From contig DASRAV010000057.1 in NCBI GenBank assembly GCA_035637995.1, positions 102 through 64,101 on the forward strand: a stretch of DNA of 64,000 bases, written 5' to 3'. The position numbers and the translations under genes were made by a program. The notes beneath the pieces were generated by a model that saw nothing but the letters and a program-made list of their open reading frames with translations, searched no databases and was not told where the DNA came from. Shown here one piece after another: positions 63,612 to 64,000 of the stretch. Source of the stretch: Conexibacter sp. GTDB taxonomy: Bacteria > Actinomycetota > Thermoleophilia > Solirubrobacterales > Solirubrobacteraceae. Each line of letters opens with the position of its first letter. Within the stretch, counting starts at the first letter, position 1.

Positions 63612-64000
63612 TCACGCGCTCGCCTCCTGCGCGGCGGGCAGCTGCTCTCCCGCACCGAGCGGCGAGAGCGGCGAGCGCACGGCCGACGCCAGCTCCGCGG
63701 CGCTCACGTTCAGCGGATGGTGGCAGGCGGCGAGGTGTCCGTTCGCGAACTGCGTCAGCGGCGGCTCGACGCGCGCGCAGACCTCGGTCGCGCACGGGCA
63801 GCGGGTGCGGAAGCGGCAGCCGCTCGGCGGATCGATCGGGTTCGGCGGCTCGCCGCCGATCACGTGGCGCTCACGCGCACGGTTGCGCTTCGGGTCCGGG
63901 ATCGGGATCGCGTCGAGCAGCGCCGCCGTGTAGGGATGGATCGGCTTGACGTACAGCTCCTCCGCCGGCGAGGACTCGACGATCTTGCCGAGGTACATGA
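63612..64000 (-). CDS. Oligopeptide/dipeptide ABC transporter ATP-binding protein, C-terminal part (5' end beyond the window)
   Basis: [31 protein letters not shown]...[12 protein letters not shown] is the Opp/Dpp D/F C-terminal (oligo_HPY) signature. The ORF runs off the window edge. Confidence 0.88.
   Translation of the reverse strand, partial: MYLGKIVESSPAEELYVKPIHPYTAALLDAIPIPDPKRNRARERHVIGGEPPNPIDPPSGCRFRTRCPCATEVCARVEPPLTQFANGHLAACHHPLNVSAAELASAVRSPLSPLGAGEQLPAAQEASA

Noticed and set aside
60344-63655. 1103-aa minus-strand ORF covering the MCP and glycoside-hydrolase region
   Set aside because: It is out of frame with two same-strand genes that have strong signatures (the MCP signalling hairpin, and a signal peptide + WNEPN). 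The translation is extreme Arg/Pro/Gly/Asp-rich.
1-64000. Search for CRISPR arrays, rRNA/tRNA genes, IS elements, integrases, phage genes and long dispersed repeats
   Set aside because: I recognised none by eye. The only clear repeat is the tandem GT duplication. A systematic repeat finder could still reveal short dispersed repeats that I cannot detect manually.

Overview
This is a 64-kb window of very GC-rich chromosome. Hand-counted 60-nt lines in ordinary genes give about 75% G+C. Gene content and order look actinobacterial, and the mix of rny + rnj + pnp, murT/gatD, dapL and a chemoreceptor suggests a deep-branching Thermoleophilia/Conexibacter-like lineage. That placement is inference only. 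About 1-44.9 kb is a conserved housekeeping backbone. It runs nusA-infB-rbfA-nrnA-truB-ribF-rpsO-[peroxiredoxin-DsbA-like]-pnp-M16 peptidase-dapB-x-dapA-rnj. It continues with an APH-like kinase plus a two-component system, then ftsK, an a/b-hydrolase, a RodZ-like protein, cinA, thpR, and SOS box-recA-recX. Next come rny, miaB, SDR + FIST, miaA, a PLDc_N-SHOCT protein, dapF-dapL and hflX. A long minus-strand cluster follows: lipid kinase-murT-methyltransferase-gatD-opu-type ABC transporter, then dut. From about 44.9 kb onward the content is accessory. It holds a sharp low-GC island with an orphan secreted protein, a YedK/SRAP gene, a lone VapB-like antitoxin next to a membrane protein, and a 3D-domain wall protein. 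It also holds ADH and saccharopine-DH genes, a WS/DGAT-like acyltransferase, two tandem paralogous glycosyltransferase-like genes, and an Xre(DUF2384)-RES toxin-antitoxin pair. After ROK kinase + MFS come a sigma-less MEDS-STAS / MEDS-RsbW-like pair, small membrane proteins, an MCP, a secreted glycoside-hydrolase-like protein and a truncated Opp/Dpp ATPase. I saw no rRNA, tRNA, CRISPR array, transposase or integrase. Many very long ORFs in the supplied track are antisense or out-of-frame shadows typical of high-GC DNA and were rejected. All functional calls rest on motifs read from the translations and on synteny. No database search was possible.
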